64,000 nucleotides of DNA from Octopus sinensis (GCF_006345805.1 NC_043000.1:59644001-59708000), one strand, 5' to 3'. Numbered from the stretch's first letter, positions 12,513-26,052 are shown. Translations and numbers: made by a program. The notes: a model not told the origin generated them from the letters alone.

Positions 12513-14301
12513 CTGAGAAATTTCTTATAATTGTAAAATAAAAATACTGAAACTTAAAATTTTTGATATCCTATGTTTTTTAATTCAACAGTAAGGTCTT
12601 AGAATATCTTTATATTTTTTCTACTCACCATCAAAAAAAAGAATGCATTGCTTTTGAGAAACTTGATTTTATTTGGCATCATAAAACTATATATAATTTT
12701 TAATTGTAGAAAACCTGATGAAGATCACTGAAAAGCAGGTAACTAATTTTTAAAAGGCTGCTTAACAATCTTGGTACCACTAATTATCCATATGATTATA
12801 ACAGTAGCATTCTTAAAATGGAAGTGTTAGCTAAGAATATGAAAACCAAACCAAAAAGAATATTTCAAAGATGCGATAAAAACTATACATATTTATAGAC
12901 AATAAAAGAAAGGAAAAACAGAATTTCTATCATGCAAAAAGAATTCAGAATGAGATTTTCATTTTGATTAATTTAGTCAGAATAAACTTAATTTCTTTTA
13001 TGACATAATAGTTTGCTAAAGAAATTACACATTTGTACATGACTCATAATGGCTCCCAAATCTCAAACTGTGAAAAAGAAACAAAAACCCAACCATAGAT
13101 CGAGCAGCATGAGAAGTATTAAAAGCATTTCAGTTATAATTTACATCAGACTATATTATATTGAGATCCAAACCTTTGAAAGTATTAATTACAAGAGAAA
13201 CTCAGTCTATAATTAGAAATACATGAAGCTAAAATGAATGATTTCTAATACTGGAATAATGCCTCAATCTGGGGGTGGTAGAGTTTAGTAGATCCCTGAT
13301 TCTTAACGTAGGTAAGATTTTGAACCCAGTGGGAAATTTCAGATTTTCAAGAAAGGTTGAAAAATTCATTTGCACAGATTTTGTTAGAGTTGTTGCTATA
13401 ATCTTCAGTTTTAAAGATGTTTCTGCTAAATTAATATTAATGTTATGCAATAAATTGTTTTGTATATATTTTTTTTATCATATGCGAAAGGAAATTGGGA
13501 TGGTGAATTGCTAGAAGATGGATACAAAAAAATACTCATATTTTACTGAAATGGAAGAATTAAAGAAAAAGTCAGCACTGAATATGAGAGGCCCTTTAAA
13601 ACTTATTTTACAAATAATTTAAGAAATTATCCAAAAGTTATACAGATTACAGGCACACCCCACCTTCCGTGTTATGGCTACCTCAGGTAATAGGATTTCA
13701 CATTTACAGAAATTGTAAAGTATGATTATTAATTATGGTCTGTAATTTCGCTCTTATAGAAACTCATATTGCATAGTTTTAAACTGTTAATTTAAAACCA
13801 TGCTTCCTTCTTAGCTGAATTGCCACTTGGATTTTAGTTAAGATTAAAGCATACAGTTAATGATTTGAAAAACTATTATCATGTTACACACATACACACA
13901 CACACATGTATATATATATAATGTACATAATGTGAGTATATAAACATACATATATATGCGTGTGTGTGTATATGTATGCGTTTATGTAAGTAAATAAGTA
14001 TGAATGTTGTTATTCAGTTTATTCAGTTTTATTCAAGATTTCCTGCCAATAGAATAAGAGCCGGTTTCTAACCTAGATCAAAGGCTCCTTCACTGGAATT
14101 TCAATAACATCAACAAGGTATTTTTGTATGTATGTATATGTGCAGATTTGTATGGTTTGTTTTATGTATGTATTCTCATGCATATAGTTGCATGCCTCAA
14201 CATGTTTATATATACTTAAATGAAAAACTTCTGGAAAGCTTTACAGATTTTCACAGTTCCAGTGATGGGCTGGACCTGTAGCCTTCAAATCAGCTCCCCA
14301 A

Positions 14302-14306
<5 letters not shown>

Positions 14307-14361
<55 letters not shown>

Positions 14362-14396
14362 CGGAGAGAGAGAGAGAGAGAGTGTGTGTGTGTGTG
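14307..14396. repeat. (TG)n(GA)n(TG)n microsatellite
   Basis: Direct reading. Confidence 0.95.
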
Positions 14397-14442
14397 TTTC
14401 TATCATTAACATGATCATAACCACCATCAGCAACAGTAATAT

Positions 14443-14720
14443 ATACTCTTTTACTTGTTTCAGTCATTTGACTGCGGCCATGCTGGAGCACCAGCTTTAG
14501 TCAAGCAAATCGACCCCGGGACTTATTCTTTGTAAGCCCAGTATTTATTCTATCGGTCTCTTTTGCCGAACCGCTAAGTGACGGGGACGTAAATACACCA
14601 GCATCGGTTGTCAAGCAATGCTAGGGGTACAAACACAGACACACAAACATACACAAACACACATACATATATATATATACATATATATACGACGGGCTTC
14701 TTTCAGTTTCTGTCTAACAA
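14443..14720 (-). mobile_element. SINE B, head truncated
   Basis: Close match to 1496-1780; CpGs retained. Confidence 0.85.
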
Positions 14721-15186
14721 ATTTTCTTGGAAAAAACATAACACCAAATGCAATAGTTATCACAGAGATGATACTAATATATAATATACAGTCAATGACT
14801 GTTGTATTTCATTTTATGGTGCTTCTGTAAAATTTTAGCACCATAAAATGAAATACAAAAAAGCACATTGGGATTAGAACACAAATATGCTCTGAAAACA
14901 TGTCACGGAAGAGTTGCCTTGCAGCTTGCTGAACAATTTGAAAGAAGACCTTCAAAGTTACCATTTCTGCAGCAAGACTTAATCATAAAATGACGTACAC
15001 GGTATATAAACACTGAATATATCTTCATATACTAAACATTTTGTGCATGTGTGTGTAAGTATGATATCTAAAAATAAGTGTCTTTTTCTTTTAAGAGGAA
15101 TAATTATGGTACAAGAATGCAGTAATATTGTATAAAGAGGTATATATGACTAACTATAATATCATTTACTTTTATCATTAGTTTTG

Positions 15187-15370
15187 TGGATTGGCAGAAT
15201 TATTAGTATAAAACAAAATGCCTTCAATATTTGTTCAAGACATGAGTTCAAATCACATTGCTCCACCTTCTAGGCATCAATAAAAGAAGTGCCAGCTAAA
15301 TATTGGCCTTTATCAGATTTCTACTGCCCCCCTCCCTAACTTTTGGCTTGCTAGTTATGTTAGAAATTAT
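15187..15370 (+). mobile_element. Decayed SINE A-like copy
   Basis: tggcagaattattag...gagttcaaat...ataaaagaagtgccag. Confidence 0.5.
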
Positions 15371-16029
15371 TGTCAATTTTCCAAGAATAATTTTCAGAGA
15401 ACCTATAAAACCATACTGAATGAAGCTCACCTCATTATAAGTTTTCTCTTATGGTTTTGTTAAAGGAAAGGTTTCACATGTTCTTTATTACTGTTATTTG
15501 TAATGAGACTTGATACTTTGAAACTTTTATCAAAAAATAAATGCTACTTTCCAACTTTGTCTACAATAATGAATGTTAGAAATTTTAAAAAATTAAATTT
15601 TTTCACATCATTTCACATATGTCATTTAAGTTATACCAAATTGACACTAAAACTTCTAAATGTTAACTTTTGATTCCTACAGTATAGTAATGCTCATATT
15701 GCATTTTGAAAGAAAATCTATTGATGGATAAATTCTGTAGCCAGCTTGTGCAGCCAAGGATAAATGAGTGGTTAATGCAAAATGACATAATCTGAAATGA
15801 AATTACAAAGCCAATTTGTTATGAGTAATCCCTCTTAGCAGCTATTATCAACAACAGTAACACTCACTATGGCAGCCACAGAGATTTTATAATATATTAT
15901 AAAATAAAATTACTATGAGGAATTCTGAGTACAAATTTTAAATTCTGACAAGTATATATATATATTTTTATAATTGTTATGGTATAATGTAATGCATTGT
16001 ATTATGGCAAAATATATGAGAAAATAATA

Positions 16030-16030
<1 letters not shown>

Positions 16031-16084
<54 letters not shown>
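16031..16084. repeat. (TG)n microsatellite
   Basis: Direct reading. Confidence 0.95.
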
Positions 16085-16085
<1 letters not shown>

Positions 16086-17159
16086 CTGTCAAAATTTAAA
16101 AGTTGGCAGCACAAAATACTTAACAAGAAGATCTCTTACTTTTCATACAAAGCTTTTGATAAAAGATAGCATAACAATCTTAAGATGAGAAACCAAAAAT
16201 ACTACTCCATACAAAGTAAAAATTTAAAAAATACTTTTCCCAAGCATAATTTTCCCTTTTTGAACAGTCTGTCATCACAAGAGGGAAAAATCATGAATGA
16301 CCCTTCTAAAACAAGTATAGAGCATATTAGGTAATCTTTTAGAACAATCATAAAGTGAAAAGGTAATTAATATACTGTCTCATGCAAAAAAAAAAAAAGT
16401 TGATACTTTTTGAAAGGGGAGCTTATAATGACCATGGAGAAGATATTGAAAGAATGTATGAATTCAGCAGAAAAATGGTACGTTTATGTTTTTATGTATA
16501 AATCATAAGTTTTCCAAACCAATACACCATATTACATTTTGTAACACCTTCAGAAGACAATATACATTCAGACATTCATTTGTGATATAGAGTTTCCACA
16601 GTTTTAGCTAAATGAATATTATTATCTGTCCGTCAACACAAGGAACAGAAATGAAATTCTGGTAGAAGAACTGAAATATTATAAACTCTAATAGTGGCAG
16701 AATTTGTAGAGGGAAAAGTTGCTGCAAATGCTACAAATTCAAGAAATAGTCACCATATTCAAAGGTAACTAATACTGCACAATTCCTATAGAATAAACAA
16801 TTCCATGCCAGAATATCAGCATTTAACAATTTGTATCAAAGCTAACACAACACAGAATATAATAACTTGTATAAAGCTAACACAACACAGCAAAAAAGAG
16901 AACATCTATATGGTTGCAAGGAATATAGATAAACTAACACCCAGCACAAATTAATCTAAATAAAATGTGAAAATAATTATCTCAAAACAGGAAAATACAA
17001 AACAAAAAGTTCAATTTTAACTTTATGATAATCATCACAGCTAAAGGTGCCACTGATATTTAGCTGGTTAAATGCATATTCACTACTTTCATTTCATTTT
17101 ACTAACAAAATACATTTTGTAATAAGCAGTGAAAGAGCTTCTATCAGAGTACAGAGTTC

Positions 17160-17365
17160 ATCCTGCTAGACAGAGGCCAAATCTTCCATAAATCACACTC
17201 AACTTACTTCAAAAAGAAAAGATATATTGGATAATGGGATATCATAGATACATTTTATATGAAAAAAAAAAAAGACAAAGAAGATAGGATTATCACAACT
17301 GGAAAGCCTTTGGTCATAAATTTGTTTGAACAGAGCTTACCTGAAACTTAAACAACAACAATCAA
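17160..17365 (+). repeat. Old unclassified interspersed repeat family D (gacctgctagaaatagcagccaaatc...(aac)n)
   Basis: Diverged relatives at ~2920, 18895(-), 19130, 22470(-), 29640(-), 33725, 44615, 45965, 47470 and 48625. Confidence 0.6.
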
Positions 17366-17516
17366 CATTTGTTTAGAGTACTGAGAAATCTATAGGAAAG
17401 AAGTGAATAAATTTTCCATAAGGACAAATATGTGCGCATAGACTTATGTATGAGGGAAAATATACATATATAAATTTTTATATAAAGACAATTAAGTATA
17501 TGCAGCTTATATATAT

Positions 17517-17706
17517 ATCATCATCATCATTGTTTAATGTCCGCTTTCCATACTAGCATGGGTTGGATGGTTTGACTGAGGGCTGGTGAACCAGATGGCT
17601 GCACCAGGCTCCAGTCTTGATCTGGCAGAGTTTCTACAGCTGGATACCTTTCCTAACGCCAACCACTCAGAGAATGTAGTAGGTGCTTTTATGTGCCACC
17701 GGCACA
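17517..17706 (-). mobile_element. RTE 3' UTR fragment in a TA tract
   Basis: (cat)n tail plus the ggata/ggatgcccttcctaacgccaacc motif. Confidence 0.85.
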
Positions 17707-17729
17707 CATATATATACACACACACCCCT

Positions 17730-17935
17730 CTCTCTCTTTCGGAGAGGCACTGAGCAGCTAAACGCACACATACACACACGGCAGCAACTTCCACCTACCG
17801 AATTCAATCACAAAGCTCCGGTCGGCTCAAGGCTATAGTGGAAGACACCTACCTAAAGTGCCACGCAGTGAGACTGAACCCGAAACCATGTAGCTAGGAA
17901 GCAAGCTCCCTAACCACACAGCCATGCCCGCGCCT
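17730..17935 (-). mobile_element. SINE B' (family-B head with a different 3' end), young
   Basis: About 7-8 differences from 30096-30305 over ~205 nt; A/B boxes tggctgtgtgg / ggttcagtc. Confidence 0.85.
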
Positions 17936-18491
17936 ATATATATAAATATATTTATATATATACAAACACATATCATACATATACATACACATACAAAAAC
18001 ACATATATATATATATAGTCTTTTATATGACAGTTATGCATATATAGGCATTTATAAGAAGACATATATGGTAACAATTATGTCAGTAACAGTAACATAC
18101 TTGATTACAGGTTTCTAATGGGCCAATAACTAGTTCTCTGAATTTCCAATAGTGAAAATGACTACATACATATATCTGTCCATGCAATATGGGAAGAAGA
18201 AATACTATGAAGGAAGTTTATTTGGAAACATCAGCTTAATGGCTTTCTTGATGTTGTTATGATGGACATAGCTAGGTTGAATCTGGGATCACAAAGCTGC
18301 AATAAAAGCTTCTGAAATATGCATCTATGCTATTTGGGTTCCTAACTTTACATACATTAAATTACGAAACAATTTGTCATGATATTTGAATTTTCTCATT
18401 GTTAAATAAATTTTCATTATACTGTTTTTCTCGTCATTTATAACTTTATACACTCCTTATTGTTTTCTCTTGTATCATACTATATATTCTA

Positions 18492-18719
18492 TAAGAGTAG
18501 AGTCCACAGTGATCCGTAGGTAGGAGAGGTGCAGCCGGAGGGTAAATGTCCAAAAGAGAATCCTTGTTTCACTCCTTGTTTTTTTCTGTGTCCCTTCCTG
18601 TAGAAGAGCGTAGGCTCAAAACGTAAAAGACTTTTTCTATTCCTGAGCATTATACTAATACATCTGTTTGTTTTGTATACCACCTGTCTTCGTCTTATGT
18701 TTTTTTTGTAAACTCTCCC
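18492..18719 (+). mobile_element. Penelope-like terminal fragment with a degenerate hammerhead-like motif
   Basis: ctgtaga-a-gagc(gtag)gctc-aaaa-cgt at 18598-18624; flanked by direct repeats tatatattcta (18481, 18720) and a 22-mer (18470, 18737). Confidence 0.5.
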
Positions 18720-19319
18720 TATATATTCTATATGTTTTGTATCATACTATATATTCTAAATCTTCCTTGTAAAAATAAGTCTAAAATGTTTACAATAATA
18801 AAAAAAGGGTGTTCCATAGAGAGGTTGCCAATGATTATTTTTGAAGTTTTACAGTCACACTAATATGTTGGCAAAGATTTAAACAAAAATTTTATACAGT
18901 TTTTGTTTAGCCCAGGGTTAACCTAACTGAGCAGATCAATGACTAAAGATGTTCCAGCCATGAACACACTTTTTTCGAGCGGTATATCTAGATTATCCAG
19001 AGTGTTTGTTATTTTTTTAAGATGGTAGGATTTATACCATTAGTATCCCAGTTTTAGGATAGATACATCACATTTCTGCATGTTGAAAAAGGCAACTAAA
19101 AGAACTGTTACCAATATTTCACTACTGCAGAAAAGAAATTTATTGACATGCTAGAAATTCCAGTCAAATTTTTCTCAGGTCATACCCACCATCTTAAAGA
19201 GGGATACATTAGACAGTATACTCCCTGATAATTATATAAATGAAGCATTTATAACTGAAACAGTCTTATATTATGTTTGCTTGATCAGAACTGATGCAGG
19301 ATCAAAGAATAACAACATA

Positions 19320-20214
19320 TGAGGAGGTACTCAAAAGTAACCAAAACATTCTGTGGGACAAGCCCATGGTGGCCCAGGATTCTGTTGCTTGAAGTTACTA
19401 GATGTGACCCTCAGGCATCAGCCTGCTGACCAGTGGGATCAGATGAAGTGATACTGCCATATAGTGTGCCTTCTTTTTGTAGTGCTACTCCCCTGTTGAT
19501 CAATTTTTGCGATGGCTGAAATGAAGGAACAGCACGCTTCCATGAAATACTGCTTTCTGCTGGGGAAAACAGTAGCCAAAACAGTTGTCATGCTTCAAAC
19601 AGCTTACAAGGACGCTGCCATGAGCAAAACACAAGTTTACAAGTGGTTTTCATACCTTTGGAAAGGTTAATTATTACTTGAAGACCAACCTCATTCAGGG
19701 TGACCACTGATTCCCAAACGAATGCAAACATTATGAAAATTCATGAACTAATTTTGGAGGACTGTCACCGAACAACTGATGAACTTGTTGATATGACTAG
19801 TGTGCCCTGGAGCTTCTGCCAATGAATTTTTGAGCAAGGAATTGCAAATGAAAAGAGTTGCTTCAAAATTTGTGCCTCATTTGCTCATGGAAGATCAAAA
19901 GCAATCATGATTGAATGCATGTTATGAACTGAAAGAACAGTTGGAAGTTGATCTGGTCCTTTCTTTGAAGGTCATTACTTGTGATGAAAGCTGATACTAC
20001 GGGATTTGCTGATGTGGAAGAGGCAAAGAAAAAAAAAACATTGGAGGCATCATATGTAAGAGTTTCAGCACTGCTTCAAACAGTGGAAAAAATGTCTGGA
20101 CCAATCCATTGCATCAAATGGAGACTACTTTGAAGGGGATAAAAGTGTAAACATGTAAAACTAAGTGAATAAAATAATACTGCAAAATTCTGGTTTCTTT
20201 TGGGTACCCCCTCG
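19320..20214 (+). mobile_element. Mariner transposon, internally deleted pseudo-transposase
   Basis: TIRs tgaggaggtactcaaaag / cttttgggtaccccctcg with TA TSDs; MAEMKEQHASMKYCFLLGKT..., KFVPHLL, VITCDES, then a direct jump to the C-terminal FQHCFKQW...GDYFEGD. Confidence 0.92.
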
Positions 20215-21671
20215 TATGTTACCAATACTTTTATCATGATCATTTTGAGGTTTGTTTTAGTATAACTGTTACTTTTTCAAATATGAACGTGAACTAATAT
20301 CCAAGTGTATAGTAAACTGCCTTTTAATTAACTTATCTCTGCAACATAATTTACAGAACTTTAGAAAAATTTTATTTGCAAAAATACATACAAAAATATA
20401 TTTTTATTGATACTTGAAAACAATGTATAATAACATGTGTATGTGAACATTTTCTGTATATAGGTAGGATTGATGCCCTTAATGTCGCTGTGACGATTCA
20501 AATCACTTAAGATATCAGCATTACCTATACCTTTGCTAAGTGTTTCTCTGGTTTCATTCATATTCAAAGAAATGGGTTGATTCTACATGGTAGTTAAACT
20601 GAGATACAATTGAAACAGGATCTGAGTATGTGTGACTGTTGATTTAATGTGCTAAAGTCACTTTCCTTAAGGTTATAATTTGGGAAAAAATAAATTTAAA
20701 ATCTTTATAAATAAATCTTTATAGTGATACTTCATTGAGAAAAGAAATTATCAAATAAAATAAAAATAGCTAACATAAACAAACATTTGTTGTTAAACAA
20801 TTATTTCTATATGTAAATAAATACTAAAGAGAAAATTATGATAGCCAGCTTTTGTTGAGTATTGCTATTATAATTTCACTAAAAATCAATGAAGTAGACA
20901 ATTGAACATTAAAGATGTTAATAAAATTAATTCATTCGTTTAGCTTTGAAGCTAATTTACTGCACTATTTGGAGCTATTTTCATTCTTAAGCATATCAAA
21001 ATAGTTTTAGTTTAGAAGAGATCTAGTTTTGCAGACAGTTTTAAAGTAAACTGTGCTTTGTGTTAAGCATTATTCAGTGATGAATAAGAATGGAAAAAAG
21101 AATTTATAGTTTTAACTTTTAGGGAATGGCAAATGGAAGTTGTAGCATTAATAATAATGTAAACAAAACAGACCCCAACTGGGAATTCATGTAGAGCTGC
21201 AGACTCACTTTGTCAAAAGATTTCCTTTAACATAATGGTGGAATGGAGGGTGAAATTTATAAAACATTTCACAAAAGGTCTTTTGGATTCATAAATGAAA
21301 ATTCATATAAACATCATTGTTTAGTTATTGTTCCCTTTTCTCCAACGTAACAGAAAGACTACTGTTATGCATATATCCTTGATATAACATATAACTTTGA
21401 TTCTATAATCTTATATTTTCAAAAGATGTTAAAACATTTTCCATTTAGTATGAAACTGAAACCAAGATGAGGTAGGGGGAACTATCAGAAAATATCACAG
21501 AATTCTCTTTTGAAAAAGAAATAGAAGTTAAAAAAATAAATGCTCAGATATTCTGCCTCTTAAGTGACTCACACAATTATTCACATAAAATTTCATATTG
21601 TTAACAAACAAAAATTACATTAATTTAAACATCATGTGTAAATGTATAATACAAGCAAATAGTTTCTCCTA

Positions 21672-21956
21672 TCTTTTATCATTTACTTGCTTCAATGCAC
21701 CAGACTATAGCTATGCTGGGGCACCACCTTGAAGAATTCTTTAGTTGAATGTACTTATTTATTTTTAAAGTCTGGAACTTATTCTATCAATCTCTTTTGC
21801 CAACCCGGTAAGTTACAGGGATGTAAACACACCAGCACTGGTTGTCAAGTGGTGTGGGGGGACAAACACAGACACAAACACACACACACATGTAGACATC
21901 ATCATCATTATCATCATCATTGAATGTCTGCTTTAAACGATGATGATGTCTACATA

Positions 21957-22032
<76 letters not shown>

Positions 22033-22193
22033 GTGGGGTTCTTTTAGTTTCCATCTACTAAATCCAGTCTCAAAGCTTTGGTTGGCCTGAGACTATAGTA
22101 GAAGACACTTGCCTAAGGTACCACACAGTGGGAATGAACCCCAAACCATGTAGTTGGGAAGCAAGCTTCTTACCACACAGCCATGCCTGCACC
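21672..22193 (-). mobile_element. Full SINE B with an expanded internal microsatellite hosting an inverted repeat
   Basis: 3' body 21672-21880, microsatellite and hairpin 21880-22030, head 22040-22193. Confidence 0.75.
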
Positions 22194-23416
22194 AATGTTA
22201 GTTGATTATTTTGAAAATTTGGACATTTGCACATGAATTGAAGACATCTAACTATATTGAGTAGTATATATTATTTTCCTTAATACATTGTATCATGGTT
22301 TAGTTAAGTAAGACTCAATACTTTCCACTTACAATGCCTTTTTCATATTCCAACTACTCCCAACGTTTTCTCCACCACAAAGAAATTCCAGTTTTATTTT
22401 TCAAGGCCTAACTATCATTAAAAAAAAATGTTAGGACAGTAGGATAGAACAAGATGAAGGAATTGTTATGCTGCTGCTGTTGATTAGCTCTAGACAAACT
22501 TGATTGAGCAGACTTATGACCAAAGGCATGCTAGCAATGACCATCCCATCATTTTTTTTAAACAAAGTGTATTTGGGATTACACTATCCAATAGACTTAT
22601 GCTATTGTCAAGTTATGTGAAGCATGCAAACCTAAAGACTCAGTTTTCAGAAACTTTAACTGCCTATACATTATAATGGAGGCTCACATTAAAGACCAAA
22701 GATGATGAGGGAATTACCTGAGAAGTTTTGGAAATGGTGGTGGTAGGAGTGACAGTAACAATGATGACAATGAAAACAGCAGTAACAAATTAAATAAATT
22801 TTAATATATAATAAATTATTTCTTCCACAGCCACTACAATGAATATTTTCTAAATATTCTACAATGAATATACAATGGCTGTGGAGGAAATAGCGAAGAC
22901 AACTGGTATCAATGATGAATATATCCAACTATTATTAGCTTACTATATAAACATTTCTATATAAACCATGTGAGGTCAGACGTAGTCTATTATAAAGTAT
23001 GTGTGTTGATGCATCCACTGGGAATGAAGCTGTAACCTACAAACACTGAAAGAAATAATGGGAACTAATTGAGTGACAAGTGGATGCCAAATACTTCAGA
23101 TAGTGGTGAAAGGAGAAAGACAGCTGTAGGCAGATACACGATCCTAATTACTCAGAAGCCTGAAAGTGTACAAGTTCCAATTGTAGCCGAATTCCTGCAA
23201 GATCCATTAGGAAAGCATTACATTTAATGTCATTTTGAGAGAATTATCTTTCCTCACGGTCTCCTGAGAGTTATTTAGAATGAACAGTTCCGAATGATGA
23301 AACATACAGAAAACTGAAAGAATATAAAAAAGCCCTCTGTATTTTTAGATAATTGTTAACAGAATTCTAGCAGAAAAAAAAAAAAATTCCATGCAATGTA
23401 TTAAATTTTGCCTGAA

Positions 23417-23483
23417 TTATATATATATATATATATAATATATATATATATATACACACACATATATACATATACATATATAC

Positions 23484-23530
<47 letters not shown>

Positions 23531-23768
23531 TAGATACATACATATGTTATTCATTGACATACATACATGACTGTAGACCCACATATACACGCACAGACAA
23601 ACACATACATACATTTATTATTTATGAATGTATTTGTGTATGTAGATACATATATGTATATATGTATATTATATATATATATATATATATATGTATGTAC
23701 ATATATATACATTCACATGCATGCACATACATACACGTCCACACACACACATATATACATACATATAT
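23417..23768. repeat. Long compound (TA)/(CA)/(TG) microsatellite
   Basis: Direct reading. Confidence 0.9.
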
Positions 23769-24181
23769 GTCTTTTTAGCATGGAACTGGTGTACTGTTTC
23801 TGCACCATAGGGGAGAGTTGGGAGGATTTTGGTATCTGATGCAAAAACCTGGGCTGCCCCACACTATGTCACAGTTTTCCATAAGCTGTACTAGCTTTGC
23901 CACTATGTGGTGACATCAATGCAGGCCTTTGAGCAAAGTGTACTTCAAAGATATTCAAAATTTTCCACATTTTTCATCTCAGTTCTAATTACTTTTATTC
24001 CAAGAAGTACACACTTCACATGTCCTAGGATAGATAAATGTAACACTTTTGTTTTTGTATTGTGACACTGAAGTTGTGGAAGGCCTATGAGAATTGATCA
24101 ACATACGCTTGTATATTGGACTCATTTGGTGCAAGCAATCCATAATTGCTTGCAAATTTGGATTTTGCTGGCAAAAAGTAA

Positions 24182-24393
24182 CTCTTTAACATTTAAACTG
24201 TATCTGACCTAAATATTCTACCTGTTTTATGCTAAAATAGACCAGATTAGGCTTCTCACACCTAACCTGCAATGTCATTCTGAAAATAAACAACTATATC
24301 TTTGAAATATCAAACCTACAAGATAATAGAGGATTAATTTTATAAAATGTGAATAAATATTACATTTGACAGAGTAATCTGAATTCTAAAGAG
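24182..24393. mobile_element. piggyBac-type (TTAA) MITE
   Basis: Homologous to 29009-29230; decayed TIRs ctctttaacattt / aattctaaagag-ttaa. Confidence 0.7.
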
Positions 24394-24589
24394 TTAAACT
24401 ATTTGCCATTATATCTGTATGTAATGTTGATTCCAAATGATAGTGTTCTAAAGGCTTCTCCTACATAGCAGAAAACATGATAATGAAGAGTAAGTGCTAA
24501 GACACAATTGAATTTCATACTATTTGTGATAGAAAGTGATAGTTACATCTATCATACAAAATTTAATAACATGCCATCATGAAATTGGC

Positions 24590-25560
24590 ACATCATAGGC
24601 ATGAACATGTGTGGAAACTGTATTTGGCAATGATTCTCCATAAGCTACCATGACACATTGTGTCAAAAGCTTTTGTGAGATCAACAAAGGTTATATGCAG
24701 GGTCTGATTCTGCTCTATACATTTCTCTTGGATATACGCTTCTTTGCTTTGTGGTAGAAGATTGTTAGTGGCAAGATAGTTACTGAGGCAATTCAAGAAT
24801 ATTCTCATCAAAATTCTTGCCAGCAATTCACAAACTGACTGTTACCTTTCTTCTGATGAAGATAAATAATTGTATCATTCTTGAAGAGTGGTGCTTGTTG
24901 ACTGCATGAAGGAAAAAACAGCTCAGTTTTTTAATGAGCATTTCACCACCAAGGGTATTTTATTTTAGCAGGAATTGAATTTAAACCTGCTGCTTTATCA
25001 AAAGACAGAACCTGAAGCTTTAATAAAACACAGAACCTTGTAGTTTCATTGTGTTCAAAAGAGTTGAGAACTTCATCAAGAACTGTGTTGATGGTAATCA
25101 ACAGATTGTCAACAGATGGCCCATTTATGTTGCATGGTCTTTTCAGAACATTTTAAAAGTGTTCAGGTCAACTTTCATGCATTGCTTCTTTGTGATACAT
25201 ATACTTCCATCTGCTGAAAGGATGGAAAGCCTTAATTTAATCTAGATGCAACTCCAGTTGGGCCTAGATTATATAAATAATTTTTTGTACATTATTTGTG
25301 CCAGCCTCCTGATCCTGTTTTTCAAATCACTTATTTTTCATGATTCTTAATTTATTTTGGAAATCACTTTTACATGAGTGCAGAACATCTTGCCTTTGAC
25401 AGTGAGTTTGGATCACAAATGATAACCTTGATTAATTATTTTCCTCAAACCAATCCTGTACTGTCTACCTGTATGGCCAAGGATGTCAGCTGCAAAAGTA
25501 TACAAAATCTCTTTAGAGAAGCCCAAAAGTTCACTATGTCAGAGATAGTTTCAAAAAATA
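24590..25560 (-). mobile_element. BovB-like RTE, pre-RT linker and N-terminal RT (inverted part)
   Basis: LARILMRIFLNCL..LLPQS, QEKCIEQNQTLHITFVDLTKAFDT, upstream RQYRIGLRK/DWFEEN-like and SRWK...EHF..VL.RP motifs; distinct from the main RTE family. Confidence 0.7.
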
Positions 25561-25629
25561 CTTTTTGAAATACTGATGCAAAAAAACTTCATAATTTCCT
25601 CATGTCTTCTCTTTGGAAGATTCTAAACA

Positions 25630-26052
25630 TAAAGTGACAGGAGTAAATTCCTGATACAGGCATACCAATGCTCTCAGTTTATTTGCTAAGCCCAATCAAA
25701 TCAAGCTGCAAAAGTTTAGACATGTTGTCAGAATATCTGACTGCAAACTCCCACAGGTAATCTATTCTGAACTATCAACTGGAGGATGCAGTGTTGATGC
25801 ACCATATAAAAGATTCAAAGATGCACTGAAAGCAACCTTGAAACACTGCAAGAGTTACTCACTCAGGATCTTGTTTGAGATAGGTCTCCACAGATGGAGG
25901 TTAACACCAAGGATACAATGACTTTTGGATCTTTATGAATCTCTATAGCAAAGCCAAAAAGGAAGCTCACAAATCACACCATAACATGGTTTGGGACAAA
26001 CACTTCTATATCAGAATAGGCCTTACCAGTCATAGCAGAATACAGAAATGAG
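25630..26052 (+). mobile_element. BovB-like RTE C-terminal part
   Basis: HVVRISDCKLPQVIYSELSTGGCSV..KRFKDALKATLK and RIGLTSHSRIQK*, resembling GHVVRM.D.RLPK..FYGEL...KRFKD.LK and SRIGL.SH. Confidence 0.7.

Noticed and set aside
12714-12750. CTGATGA...GAAA as a hammerhead
   Set aside because: Only a 2-bp stem II and no NUH cleavage triplet after GAAA.
13648-13770. Tigger-like end with a related stretch at ~42290-42360
   Set aside because: No matching second TIR or TSD could be fixed.
20361-20595. Protein-like minus ORF (NQPISLNMNETRETLSKG...) as the next exon
   Set aside because: It has a phase-0 AG and a GT donor, but a weak pyrimidine tract and no recognisable homology; it needs RNA-seq.
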